64,000 nucleotides of DNA, taken from NCBI GenBank assembly GCA_000002445.1, contig CP000070.1, positions 704,001 through 768,000 of the forward strand, read 5' to 3'. The notes under the pieces were generated by a model that worked only from the letters and a program-made list of their open reading frames with translations, had not been told where the DNA came from and made no database searches. Of this stretch, positions 40,793 to 52,300 are shown in pieces. The stretch's first letter is position 1. Every line of letters begins with the position of its first letter. This DNA is from Trypanosoma brucei. Its lineage: Eukaryota. A program made the position numbers and the translations under genes.

Positions 40793-43267
40793 ATGCCCGT
40801 CTCCCTTACTTCAGTCACCACCGATGGAAGAACCAACACCGTCCCGAAACTTCGTCCGTACCAGCAGGAGCTGTTTGAGAAGGCGATACGTGGAGACTCT
40901 ATTATTTACCTTCCAACTGGTGGGGGTAAGACAGTGGTTGCTGCGGCGATCGCACACTATATGCGACGTAAACACGAGAAACGGATAGTCTTCGTCGTGA
41001 ATCGTGTTCCATTGGTGGCACAACAGGCAAAAGTGCTTGAAAGCGTTTTGGGGAAAGGGTCTCGGGTGGCGACAGTTCGTGGCGGTAAGAAATCCGTAAA
41101 GAGCTGGAGTGTGTTGGTGGATGAAGGATGCGATGGCGTTGTTATCACCGATTCCATATTTCACGAGTGGATTATCGGTTCCCCCAAAGCAATCACGGAG
41201 GACACGTGCCTGGTGGTCATCGACGAAGTTCATAACGCTACTGGTGGCTGTCTAAAAAAAATTTTCGAGTATATACATAGAATATGTCCCCGAGAGCCGC
41301 AAAGGTGTGCCTCCAATGATGGCGTCAGCGAACCAACTCTTCCCCTCCTTCTTGGTCTTACTGCTTCACCCGTTTTGTCCTTCACCAGGTCGGACTCGCT
41401 GAACAAACTCATCGACGTGACGCGCTGTCGCATCGTGAATGTGACGGAGAAGATGGACAATCTGCTTCAAGAAGTGCCTTTACCGTTAACTGTAGGAGTG
41501 GAGTATTACCTCTCGCCTCCCGAAGAAGCATTTCTGTTTTATTTGCAGAGAGCCGCAGTGGCCCTACAGGATAATCTCAAAGTAAAGAAAAATGCACATT
41601 TAAGGGCGGGGTTTGCTTGTCCGGTGGCTTCTGATGGTTACATTAATAGGTGTAATGAGATAAAAGTAAAAGCGTGCAGTGGGACAAGCGGCGAGGTTGA
41701 TAGGTTTGCGTACAGTATTGCTACGTTCTTACTTTGTGTGTCCCAAGCTTTCGTTAAACTAAACGAGGTCTCGCTCGGTAGTGCATACAAAACCGTCATG
41801 GATGATAAATTGTTTAAGTCGTTGCAAGAAAGTCCAGAATCGGCGGAGCTTGTTGTACCGATTCTTGAGGGTCTGATGAAGTTGCTACGGGAAAGCAGGC
41901 ACAAGTATCCGGAAAGAGATCCAGGGCAGGACGATTCCTCAGTGGGTTTTGACCCATTTGAGGTATCTTCAAGGGTCCAGTTTTTATTGCAGTTGCTTAG
42001 TTGGATTGGCAAACATGTGGAAGCTAATCATGTAGAAGTGGCTGGCATCATTTTCTGCGATACTCGTGCTTCCGTGTTCCGTATTACTGAAGCTATTGAG
42101 AAGATTCCCACGCTGAGCTCATTGTATAAGCCCCGAGCGCTCGTAGGGAAGGGGAAAACGCTAGTTGATGGGGAAGAAAAGGGTATGACCGATGCCCAAC
42201 AGAGGGATGTTATAGATGAATTCCGGAAGGGCAATACAAGGCTTTTGGTGGCGACGTCCCTAGCTGAAGAGGGACTAGACATCGCCCAGTGCAACCTTGT
42301 TATTAGATATGACTCTTGTGTTTCACTTCGTAGTTTCGTACAAAGTCGTGGGAGGGCCAGGCGGAGGAATGCACTCTTTATCGTTTTTGAGCATGCCCGT
42401 CGGGAGATTAAAGTTGCGGCTGTGGCGATGAAGGCGGTGCGTCTCCAGGATTTTCTTGTGAACGCTGTCCGTGATGCGATTGAGGTGGGGACTCGGCGGG
42501 CCCCCAGAGTTTGGGAGGAATCTCCGAAGTTTTGGTTACGTCGGTTTGAGCGCCGCCACAATGCACCGATTGAGAGGAAGGAGACGGACTGCCGTACGGA
42601 TTTTGGAAGCCACACGCACCCGTTTATTGTAGAGCTCACTGTTACGATACCAAATAACTCTAGTCCTGAAAAAATTGTGATTCCTAAACCGTACGAGGGG
42701 AAGACCATTTCTGTAAAAGCGTCGGGCGGCCGTGTGAAAGCGCGGCAGTATGCCGAATATCAACTCTGTGAGGAACTAGACAAGAGGGGGATACTCATTG
42801 GTGAGGATGGTGAAAGGGCCCGCAGCATTTCAACGATGAAGATGCTGTCCAACGGAATTTTGGTATGTGAGGAGGGATCCCTCTCTACGTCGGAGCTTCG
42901 GAAGCTTTTTTCTCGGAATCCAACTGCAATAGAAACTTATGATAGGAAGGACTGGGGGCCCCACACTCCCTCTTCTGTCCTGCGGGATTCTCTCCGTCGT
43001 CGTCGTTTGCCTGCGCCAGAAATTCACATCAATCGCTCAGGGGACGAGACTAGAGCTGAAATTTATGTGTATATGCGGAGGGACGAAAAAATTGAGCAAA
43101 GAAGGTTTGCTGCAAGCGGGGTTTGTGCTTTGGAGGAGGCAGCGATGAAGGCGCTAAAACATATGAAAATTCAGCTATTTACTGGCACTGGCCACGTCGA
43201 GACCACGGATGACATTGGTAGCAGGGATTTAGCTTGGGAAAGTGAAACCAGCGAATCCGAGAATTAA
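40793..43267 (+). CDS. DExH-box helicase of the Dicer/RIG-I/FANCM superfamily-2 clade, with C-terminal dsRBD-like segment(s)
   Basis: Motif I YLPTGGGKT, motif II VVIDEVHNATGG, motif VI QSRGRARRR with LVATSLAEEGLDIAQCNLVIRYD (Dicer/RLR-type). The C-terminal SVKASGGRVKARQYAEYQLCEEL resembles the end of a dsRBD. No RNase III signature was seen. Confidence 0.7.
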   Translation: MPVSLTSVTTDGRTNTVPKLRPYQQELFEKAIRGDSIIYLPTGGGKTVVAAAIAHYMRRKHEKRIVFVVNRVPLVAQQAKVLESVLGKGSRVATVRGGKKSVKSWSVLVDEGCDGVVITDSIFHEWIIGSPKAITEDTCLVVIDEVHNATGGCLKKIFEYIHRICPREPQRCASNDGVSEPTLPLLLGLTASPVLSFTRSDSLNKLIDVTRCRIVNVTEKMDNLLQEVPLPLTVGVEYYLSPPEEAFLFYLQRAAVALQDNLKVKKNAHLRAGFACPVASDGYINRCNEIKVKACSGTSGEVDRFAYSIATFLLCVSQAFVKLNEVSLGSAYKTVMDDKLFKSLQESPESAELVVPILEGLMKLLRESRHKYPERDPGQDDSSVGFDPFEVSSRVQFLLQLLSWIGKHVEANHVEVAGIIFCDTRASVFRITEAIEKIPTLSSLYKPRALVGKGKTLVDGEEKGMTDAQQRDVIDEFRKGNTRLLVATSLAEEGLDIAQCNLVIRYDSCVSLRSFVQSRGRARRRNALFIVFEHARREIKVAAVAMKAVRLQDFLVNAVRDAIEVGTRRAPRVWEESPKFWLRRFERRHNAPIERKETDCRTDFGSHTHPFIVELTVTIPNNSSPEKIVIPKPYEGKTISVKASGGRVKARQYAEYQLCEELDKRGILIGEDGERARSISTMKMLSNGILVCEEGSLSTSELRKLFSRNPTAIETYDRKDWGPHTPSSVLRDSLRRRRLPAPEIHINRSGDETRAEIYVYMRRDEKIEQRRFAASGVCALEEAAMKALKHMKIQLFTGTGHVETTDDIGSRDLAWESETSESEN

Positions 43268-44549
43268 TTATGTATCCCCTCAGCGAAAAACATTCTGTAT
43301 GAACGGTGGTTGTTCCGATTGTTAGGAATGGGGTTGGTGGGGGGACGTTTCACATGCGTGGCAATCGTCCCTCTTATTATTCCTCCTCGTAAACTCCACT
43401 GCCCATCTGAGGCATTGCCCCAAGAACCATATTTCTGGACGTGGTAAGCGCATGTGAACAAAAGGGACGATATCATCTCCATCAGGTGAGGATATTCTCT
43501 TTTCTACGAATCATGGATATGCGAGGGAGACAATAACGGATAAACTTACCGACGTCACCACTCACTTTAGGAAAATGGCAGTTGCGGAGATGTTAAAGGC
43601 CCAAGCATGTTTTCTACCTTTTCCTTTTAAAAAAAGAACGGAATATGAGAGGGAAAATAAACGGAAAGGGGGTAAGAGCCTCAGTTCAAGGGAGAAGAGA
43701 ATACTAGACCTCTTTTAACACCCTGATGTACAGCATCACCGCCACCGACTTTCAGCCGCAGGTTTTTCCCTTCCCTCACTTGTCGTGGCGAAAATTGTGT
43801 GTGGCTACAATGGAGCAAGGTAACTTGCACCGCATGTTTCTCATTTTGAAAGGATTGTTGGCATTAATATTGCTTTCTCGTTTTGTTTTGTTGTTACAAT
43901 ACAGAGCCTCTGCACCGAGGCGACTTATGAGTGTGTGTTTTACATAAAAATATGTGCATGTCTTCGTCACCCTGCTGCTCCCAGTGAAAGAATGCGTCCT
44001 GTAGGGTAAAACCCTGAAGTAGTCCGTGACTTTGCCACTCTCTTAGATCACAGTTGTTAATTATTAAATTATCTACTGACATGGCTGCTCCTACATGAAG
44101 TAAGGGTAGAGATCAAATAGTTTATAATAAAATACTTCTCGTAAACACTTGCTTGCTTTTTGCGTGTTACAAACCTGTCTTCACCAAGGAAAAAAAGTCA
44201 CTCAATCTTGTTATTCTCATTAGTCTTTCGACACCCCTTCATTTTGAGGAAACAACGAATCATTACGATTTCTTTATTTATATTGTAGACAATTGCTCCC
44301 TCATTCAAGTCCTATGCATGATCTACAATTTTCTCGGATCTCTTCCACATTTCACAGAAGGGTCACGTCACGAAGGAGAACATGTGTATGCATACCGGTT
44401 CACTGCCGCTTTGTCAAATACGTACTGTGTTTTTGTACTAGCACCCAAACTCTTCCCTTCCCTTTATCCTTCTCTCTGCCCCAGTGTCATTTTAAGCAAC
44501 AAAGACTAACCAAACAGGAATATTAATATATCTTACAAACGTTTTCACC

Positions 44550-45122
44550 ATGCGCCGGTCTGTATATCAGCTAAGCAAGGAACTCCCAATCTCTGAGGAC
44601 GAGGTTGCGTGTCTGGTGAAGAAGGTGATGCGTGAATGCCCATCAGCCTTCAATTCCCAATCCTCACGTGCTGTGATCCTCTTTGGAGAGCAACACACAA
44701 AGCTATGGAACCTAACGAAGGATAAGCTAAAGGCGACAGTGAAACCCGATTCCTACAATGAGGCCGCCAAGAAGATTGATGGGTGCTTCGCCCCCGCTGC
44801 CGGTACCATATTGTTTTTCGAGGATAAAAGTGTTGTTGAAGGACTTGTCAAGTCGTACCCCGCATACGCAGAAGGTTTCCCAGTGTGGTCAACTGAATCA
44901 TCAGGTATGGCTCAATTCGCCGTGTGGACAGCACTTGCAGAAAAAGGTATCGGTGCGTCTCTGCAGCACTACACATCACTGATCGGTGAGGCGGTGACGG
45001 CGGAGTGGAAGCTTCCGGCAACATGGGAGATGCATGCACAAATGCCATTTGGAAAGCCACTGGAGAAGTGTGGCGAGAAGACGTACATGCCGGATGAAGA
45101 ACGCTTTAAGGTGTTTAAATAA
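44550..45122 (+). CDS. nitroreductase-like protein (Frm2/Hbn1-type, type II nitroreductase family), copy A
   Basis: 190 aa. N-terminal RRS motif, then AFNSQSSRAVILFGE, GTILFFEDK, SLQHY and a C-terminal ..DEERFKVFK. These are characteristic of the small fungal and protist Frm2/Hbn1 nitroreductase-like proteins. Confidence 0.6.
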   Translation: MRRSVYQLSKELPISEDEVACLVKKVMRECPSAFNSQSSRAVILFGEQHTKLWNLTKDKLKATVKPDSYNEAAKKIDGCFAPAAGTILFFEDKSVVEGLVKSYPAYAEGFPVWSTESSGMAQFAVWTALAEKGIGASLQHYTSLIGEAVTAEWKLPATWEMHAQMPFGKPLEKCGEKTYMPDEERFKVFK

Positions 45123-46782
45123 AGTTCGTTGATATTTTTACCGTACTTGATCACACACATGTATTCCTCCATGGACTGATCTTATTTACACTCTTGGTGT
45201 TATTCACCCTCCTTTAAGCACCAATTTCTTTGCAATACATGCATATACATGTTGGTTTTGGGGCACCTTTATATTGTTATCCAACTGCTTTTTTTGTTCG
45301 CCACGCTTTTCCACTTCTTACCTTTTACACACTAGGTTAATTTGGGCACCGCGTGAGGTTAATATGACCAAATGTATGTTTCTCATGTTTTCCCTTCGTT
45401 TAGCGAGGCAAATGTATTGAAGAAAGTGTCGTGGTTGGGGTAAGTGGTGTTACACGCACGACGTGTTCGTTACCCACCCTTTCCACCCTCTTCTCATGCT
45501 TCTGCACTTCTTTACTTTTTTGTTCATTCGTTTATATACATATATACATATATATTTACGTGTTCTGGCTTCTACGATTTTTAAAAAACACGTATCGCTA
45601 TAATTATAAGCGTGTACGCACTTATTTTTTTGTTATCGCTCTATATACATGTGGTGCATAATACAAGGTGTCTCATTATCACTAGAGGTTTCTTAGGTAC
45701 CGTACCCCGGTCATGTAGCATGATGTAGAGGGATGAGAGTCGATATGAATATAATAAATGATGCTTGTAAGGATGATTTGACCAACTACCGCTTTCGTAC
45801 ACGTGTGTATTTTTGCATGCTTGTGTTTTATCTGCTTTGTTTATTGTAACCCATTTAAATCATATTTTTTTGTTCACTTCTGTTGTCTTTTTGTCACTGT
45901 TGAATTGTTCCCATTGAGTTAGCTGAATTTCATTGGTTTTTGGAGTTATCACATGATGTACGTGCTTGTAGCCGTGGCCATGTTGGCAATATTCTTCGCA
46001 GCTTTAGTGCTGTTTTTACGCGGTAAGTTATCTGCTGGATCAGTTGCCACGAGCAACGGTGGAATTGGCAGTGATTCTGGGCTGATGCCCGGTGAGTCAG
46101 TCACTACGAGAGTTCGTCGTGCTCGGAAGGAGGAATAACGATTATCATCCAACAGTGAATATGAGCGGTTGGTGGCGCCTCAGGTGACACGGTTTGTTCG
46201 CAAGATTCGTGCCGCCGCGTTATTTGTTTCCGATTGAGCGCATATGCCGCAGTTAGGTAAATGTTCGGTTGGTGTTGCTGTGGATCTACTGATGTGATCT
46301 GTTGTTGTTGTGTTGTTTTTGAAGAACATTTTTTTAAATACCTTATATTTGTTTTTAATTCTCTCTTCCTTTTTTGTTACACTAATGTGGCCGTAAAGCA
46401 TCCTTAATTAATATTTTGGTTGCCATTGTTAGGTGTCTCCGCAGTTATGTTTACTGTTGGTAATGAAACTATTCTTATTATTATTATTATTATTATTCTT
46501 TTTCTATCCCTTGGCCTTCACCATTATCTTTTTTTTCTTACTTTTGTGACTTCTATGTTTTCAATGGCTACTCAACCTCCCTCCACAGCAGTGCTGTGAT
46601 CTTATCATTTCTCCTGCAAATCCCTGCCGTACATTGTGGTGCTTTCTATATTCTGTCGGCGGAAGCACTCGTGGTAAAAGAGGGGGTAGGGAAAGAGGGA
46701 AACGTGACGAAAGAAGTGGATAGCGTTGAATAACTTGAGAGGCACAATTGTGGAGAGGTTAGATACGAAAGAGTAGTGGAGG

Positions 46783-47721
46783 GTGGGGATCATGTCAAAC
46801 CCACCTAAGCACTACAGTGTGGAGTCATTGCGGACGGTTGGGCTTCTGCCTGCGCAACTGGCCTTGTCCCGTAAGCCACGTCTTCGCCCACACGTAGGTA
46901 ATCTCAAGGGTCTTGTTTACCCTCTACCGTATTACGCAATGTGGCGTGGTAATCACAACAAATACACATATAACAAAAGCACTGTGTGTCTATGGGGAGA
47001 AGGCGATACCCGTTCCATGTACCATCAACATTATGCTCATGCAAAGTGCCCGACGGACTACGGGCGTGGTGGAAGAGAATTTGAATACCTTACAGTGAAG
47101 CGTGGTAAGATGTTACAGAAACCGCTACCGCGGGTGCAATACGTGGCGGAAGGGTCCAAGCCGGTGTGGCTCTTCAAGTCGTGGCATACGCCTCTCAGCT
47201 CACCAAGCATGTGGGAACGAGAGGTTCAGTACGCCGAGCATACACCAGAGCATATTGGTGCCAAGCGGCCGCTTGCAGTAGTCGCACCACGTACAATGCA
47301 TCGCTACCTGTTTCTTATGCATATGGAAAAGGTGACCATTACTGTATCCCCTCTGTTGTTTGGTTATGGTCACACCATACAGAAAGCTGTGTTGGATTTC
47401 TACCGCCGTGCTATAAGTGCTCGCTCTCCATTCCCAAAGGATAAAGTGTTTCTCTTTTATGCCATTGATCACATTACACCTCGTATTGAAGTGACATGGC
47501 TGGATGGGACGTCATATGTTCCACCTGTGTTGGAGGGTGCAAGTTCGCAAGACCTCATTCAGATGGTGATGGAAGAGGCTTGGTTGGCTGCAGATCGCAT
47601 GGCTGCGGAAGGCCGTGTGCTCAATCCGTTAGCAATTGACGATTATAAGTGGGATCAGTTGGTTGTGTTTAAAAAGGTACGGGATAAGGAAGCGAGCAAG
47701 GGTGGTGGCAGAAAGAAGTAA
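46783..47721 (+). CDS. hypothetical protein (312 aa), copy A
   Basis: Long ORF with coding-like composition, duplicated intact. No motif recognised. Confidence 0.5.
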   Translation: MGIMSNPPKHYSVESLRTVGLLPAQLALSRKPRLRPHVGNLKGLVYPLPYYAMWRGNHNKYTYNKSTVCLWGEGDTRSMYHQHYAHAKCPTDYGRGGREFEYLTVKRGKMLQKPLPRVQYVAEGSKPVWLFKSWHTPLSSPSMWEREVQYAEHTPEHIGAKRPLAVVAPRTMHRYLFLMHMEKVTITVSPLLFGYGHTIQKAVLDFYRRAISARSPFPKDKVFLFYAIDHITPRIEVTWLDGTSYVPPVLEGASSQDLIQMVMEEAWLAADRMAAEGRVLNPLAIDDYKWDQLVVFKKVRDKEASKGGGRKK

Positions 47722-49376
47722 GGGATAGGAATTTGTTTGGGTTAGGGGTGGTGGCACCGTGGCCGATTTTTATTTTCCAGTTGTGGTTGTTGTTTTATGG
47801 TACCTCACTTACCCCTTTCCTTTAATTCACAGCTCTTACCGTAGTGTAACTCCTTGTTTTTGCACTTTACGCCAGGTGTGGATGTTGAGTGTTACATTGG
47901 GTTGGTCATTGCCATGCTGATATATATGTGTGCTTTCATTGAAAGTTCATACGGATACTAATATCTTTTCTTTTCATTTACGTTATCACGATATGACGGT
48001 GGTGTTTGTGCCGTTATTGTATTTTGCATCGTGTATGATCCCTTTTCATTTCTCTCTTTCCTCTTTTTCCTCTATTTCACAACACTACTTTAACCTACCG
48101 ACTGACCGAAGTTTAGTGAAGAGGATTGAAACACGACAGGATTAAGCAAAAGGAAAGAAACAGGAAACAGTGTAAGGTGGAAAGGTAGAGTTGTAGGAGG
48201 GACCAAGAAAACGTGTTTGGGCGAAAGGGAAGTTGGGGATTTCTGCATTAAAGGGGAAGTAATGTTTGGCTTTTCAAATTGATTTGTTGGAATTTTGTTT
48301 TTGTGCAAGGTGTGTTGCCGTGTCACTATGTTTATAATGGAGGCTAATTCTATGGGTGCTTGCCTTGTTTGTGCAATCTTTTCCATTTCGTGTTGTATCT
48401 GATCTTATGAACTTCGTCTGGTTTATCCGCTAATAACGTTGTTAATGTAAATGGCAACCATGCGTCGCCCTTTCGGTTTTAAAAAAAACGAACAACTATA
48501 TTCTTTGCCCTTGGTATTTCCATTCCTCAATTTCTCTTTTCTTTTTGTCGCCTTCTCTAGGTGTAGTAAACGCACCGGACTACGCGAAATATAAGACGAC
48601 GGAGGGAAAGAGGATTACATACACGCTACACGAAGGAAAGGGCTTATCATTATTAATTTTCGTGCATTACTTTATTTATCCCGATTTCTCATTCCCCTCT
48701 TTCGTTAGCACCTCCTCTTCCCCTCCCCTTGAGAGTGAAGGGAAGGGAGGTAACGGGTGATTACCAACTGTTTTCGGTGTGACGTGGCCGATCCACCCGT
48801 GTAAGGAACCGGCTTTCACTTTGAGAGACTCTAACGTTCCCGTGTTGGGTCTAAGGAGGGAGGAAACCGGTAGCGACGGGGTATTTAAGACAACTACTTT
48901 TTTTGCGGTAAAAGTGGGCTGGACGTTAGGAAGAAGACGAAGAGGAACCGTGCGTAAAAAAGGTTGTTGTGAGTGAGGTTCCGCTATAGAGGCTAAATAA
49001 GGGTGAGGAGGGTTGTAGGCCCGAAGGGTAGTTGGGTGCTGTGTCACCTGCAGGGAGGAGGTGCGACTACAATTTCGTCAATAGCATCGCTAGTGTTAGT
49101 TACGTTTAGTGTAAAGGCAGAACTGTTTCTAGGGATTGGACTCCGCTAGAACAACGGAACGTGAAGAGTTGCATTTACACAACTCAGTGAGAATTGAGGG
49201 TTGAGGACCCGACGAGAAACCTACGGAGCCGGGGAAAAGAAATCAGTTGCCACAGAACGTTATTTTCATACCCACCATATACTACAGTTTTCCTTAATAT
49301 ATTATTGACTGTTTTTTTTTTTTTAAAGCTACCCAACGACGTGGGTTTCGACTCCTGATAGATTGCAGCCTCTTGC

Positions 49377-52300
49377 TTGCAGTATTCAACGGGGATGACG
49401 TCTCAAACGTCGGCCGTCCTCGTTGCAGTGCGCGTCCGCCCGTTCAACTCCCGGGAGGCTCCTCACGAATGTACAGTTACCGTCACGGATCCGCGTACCA
49501 TCACGCTGACTGATGTCGGTCAGGTTAATCGGTTTAGCACAAGTGTAAGTGGCAGCATGCAACGCCACGTCTTTACGTTCGACAAAATTTTCTGGAGTGT
49601 TCCCGGTTGTGTTCTACCACTTCCTACGACACCCAGTGGGCACAGTCAACAGATGCCGTCCGCGAGCTCCATTAGGTTATCAGTAGCGGATAGTTCTTCG
49701 ACACATTCCCCCTCCCCTACAGAGTCGCCAACGGTGCGAAGGAGTAGCAACAGCAGTGATGCAAGTGTGCCTTGTGCTGCTCCGACGGCGGAGGTTTCTG
49801 TCAGTGCAATAACATGCGTAAGACCTTCATTTCATCGTTTGCCGTGCTTTGCGCAGACCCCAAGTTGTGATAATCAGACTTCTGTCTATTCATTTATCGG
49901 CCCGCTAATGTATGACTCGGTTATGACCGGGTATAACTCATGTTTGTTTGCGTACGGTCAGACAGGGAGCGGCAAAACCTACAGCATGATTGGGCCCCAT
50001 GACAGTTTTTCGGAGAAGGGTGATCAGAGAGGGATTATTCAGCGACTGTGCGAAGACCTCTTCGATATGATGAGGCGTGAGCGTGAAGAGGATGAAGGAA
50101 TCTCCTACAACGTGGAATGTAGCTTTTTGGAGATTTATTGTGAACGCGTGCGTGATCTACTCACCCACACCACGTTTCACAGTACTAATGACGATTATTC
50201 TGCTCCTAACGTTACCACGATGGGCCCACCGTCGAATTTGCGCTCTAAGACCTCGCCGTCTCAGTCGTTGGTGCTGACACCTCGGCAAGGTTCTTCTAAT
50301 CCCTCCCCTCAACTTCGAATTCGGCAGCACCCGACGCATGGACCATATGTCGAGGGTCTTTCCCATGTTAAGGTGCGTGACGTGGAAGGTGTCATGCACC
50401 AACTGACTTGTGGAATGCGAGAACGTGCCACCGCGGAAACACGTATGAACGAACACAGCAGCAGGAGCCATGCATTACTGCAGCTCAATATCACACGTGT
50501 GTCGGCCGTGCGAGAGGAGGAAGCTGTTGTCACACGAACGCGTGTATGTAAGGTTAGTCTCGTGGATCTCGCGGGAAGTGAACGGATTTCGCAGTCAGGT
50601 GCTACAGGTGACCGCTTCGAGGAGGCTCGTAACATCAACCTATCCCTTACAACACTTACTCGTGTAATAATGCAACTCACGGACAAACAGGCGGGGAAGA
50701 ACGTGGTGCCTAGTTACAGGGACAGCGCGCTCACGTGGCTTCTATCAGACAGCCTGGGTGGTAACAGCAAGACAATTATGCTTGCTACGGTGGCTCCTAG
50801 CGCGTACTGCTATCAGCAGACGCTGAATACACTTCGTTTTGCCGGCGTTGCGAAGACGGTGATCAATGTGGCCACGGTCAACGAAGACCAGCGCTTCCAG
50901 AAATTGATTACGTCCTTGAGGGAGCAGATTGTAAAGCTCACTATGCAGGTAGAGGAGGGGAGGATACTTGATCCTCAAAATAGCGAAATAAGGAAGTTGC
51001 GTCGAGATAAAGGTGAGCTGGAGACGCAGCTTGAAGCCATGCGGATAAAAGTGTCCAAAATGGTGCCCGCAACTGATTTGGAGATTCTCCGGCGGCGTGT
51101 GGCAGAGACTGAGGAAGAGAACACACGACTTCACGCGGAAAAGTGCAATTTACAGCGGCAGCTTATGACCACCACGACGAATCTCCGTGAAGAGTTGATA
51201 AGGCGGCGATCGGAGATTGTTAAATTGCAGGAGATGCTCTCAAAGAAGGACGTAGAGGTGCAGGAGTGGAAGCGTCGTCACCATTCGGAAGTGTTGCGAG
51301 GCGGCAAAGCGACACCACAGTCAACTGTACAATTGTCTCGAGGTCGTGCCGCTTCTGGAGGAAGGGCAGCGTCACCCAGTGGTGCCTTCAAATCCAATAA
51401 TAGCTCAAAATGTGGTATGCTCAAGACTGATGTTGCTAGTATTAGCAGTGATTCGATTGTTGAGGGAGATGCCGACTCCGGTTGCGCAGCTGTTGGCGAG
51501 CTGCAGTTTCGCAACCAACAATTAGAGCGTCGGGTAGAGAAGCTAACGGAGAGTGTGAAAGAGGAGCAGAAGCGCCGTGAAGACGTGGAAAAGGTGAATC
51601 ATAATCTGCGATTTGAACTACGCGAGCTGCAGAAGCTACGTGATGCTACAAGAGGACAGTTAGAGGAGGCACAACGTCGGCTCACTGAAAAGTCTCATGC
51701 ACTGGAGGCCGCAGAGAGTGATTTGGCGTCCACGCGGACGTTACTAAGTACTGAGCGGAATGGGAGCTGTGCCAGTGAAAGGGAAGCCCTACTCACCACA
51801 CAGTTGGAAGACCTTCGTGTGGAGTACTTGGGGGAAAAACAGTCCAATGTGGGCCTACTAATGCGTGTGTCTCACATGGAACAACAGTTGTTTCTTTCCC
51901 AGCAGGAGGCAGAAATAAAGTCACGGGATGTTGGTGAGCTTGAGCAAATGCTCTTGGAGGAGACGGAGACATCTGAGCGGTACTATATTTTTCAACTTTA
52001 TTACAGTGGGAAGGCCAACATATGTCACGCTTTCCATCAGAAGATCCTACTCGTTAAAAGTCTCGAACCCACAAATAGTGTTGGGGTCGTCACTGGAGTG
52101 ACACGGCGCTCTTCCTTCTCCGACGGGCCAAGCGTGTGCGTACGAGCGCTGCGCGACTGCGAGTGTAATGAGGGATGTAGACGGCTGCTGCTAGTGGAAG
52201 AGTGGTTCAATACCGTGTTGGACCTTGCAGCGCAACGGCACGCGATGTGGAGATGGTCGGCTTCCGCGTTAAGTGACGAGATACTGTCACTGCGGATTAA

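Larger units (their letters stand above)
44357..48243 (+). repeat. segmental duplication copy A (3.9 kb, >99% identical to 57034-60909)
   Basis: Identical ORF translations at a constant offset of 12666-12677 bp. Homology starts at ..aagggtcacgtcacgaagg and ends at ..gaagttggggatttc. Confidence 0.9.

Noticed and set aside
40811-42708. Minus-strand ORFs of 124-226 aa overlapping the helicase gene
   Set aside because: Antisense to a well-supported long CDS. They have a low-complexity Ser/Thr/Arg-rich composition typical of spurious reverse frames.
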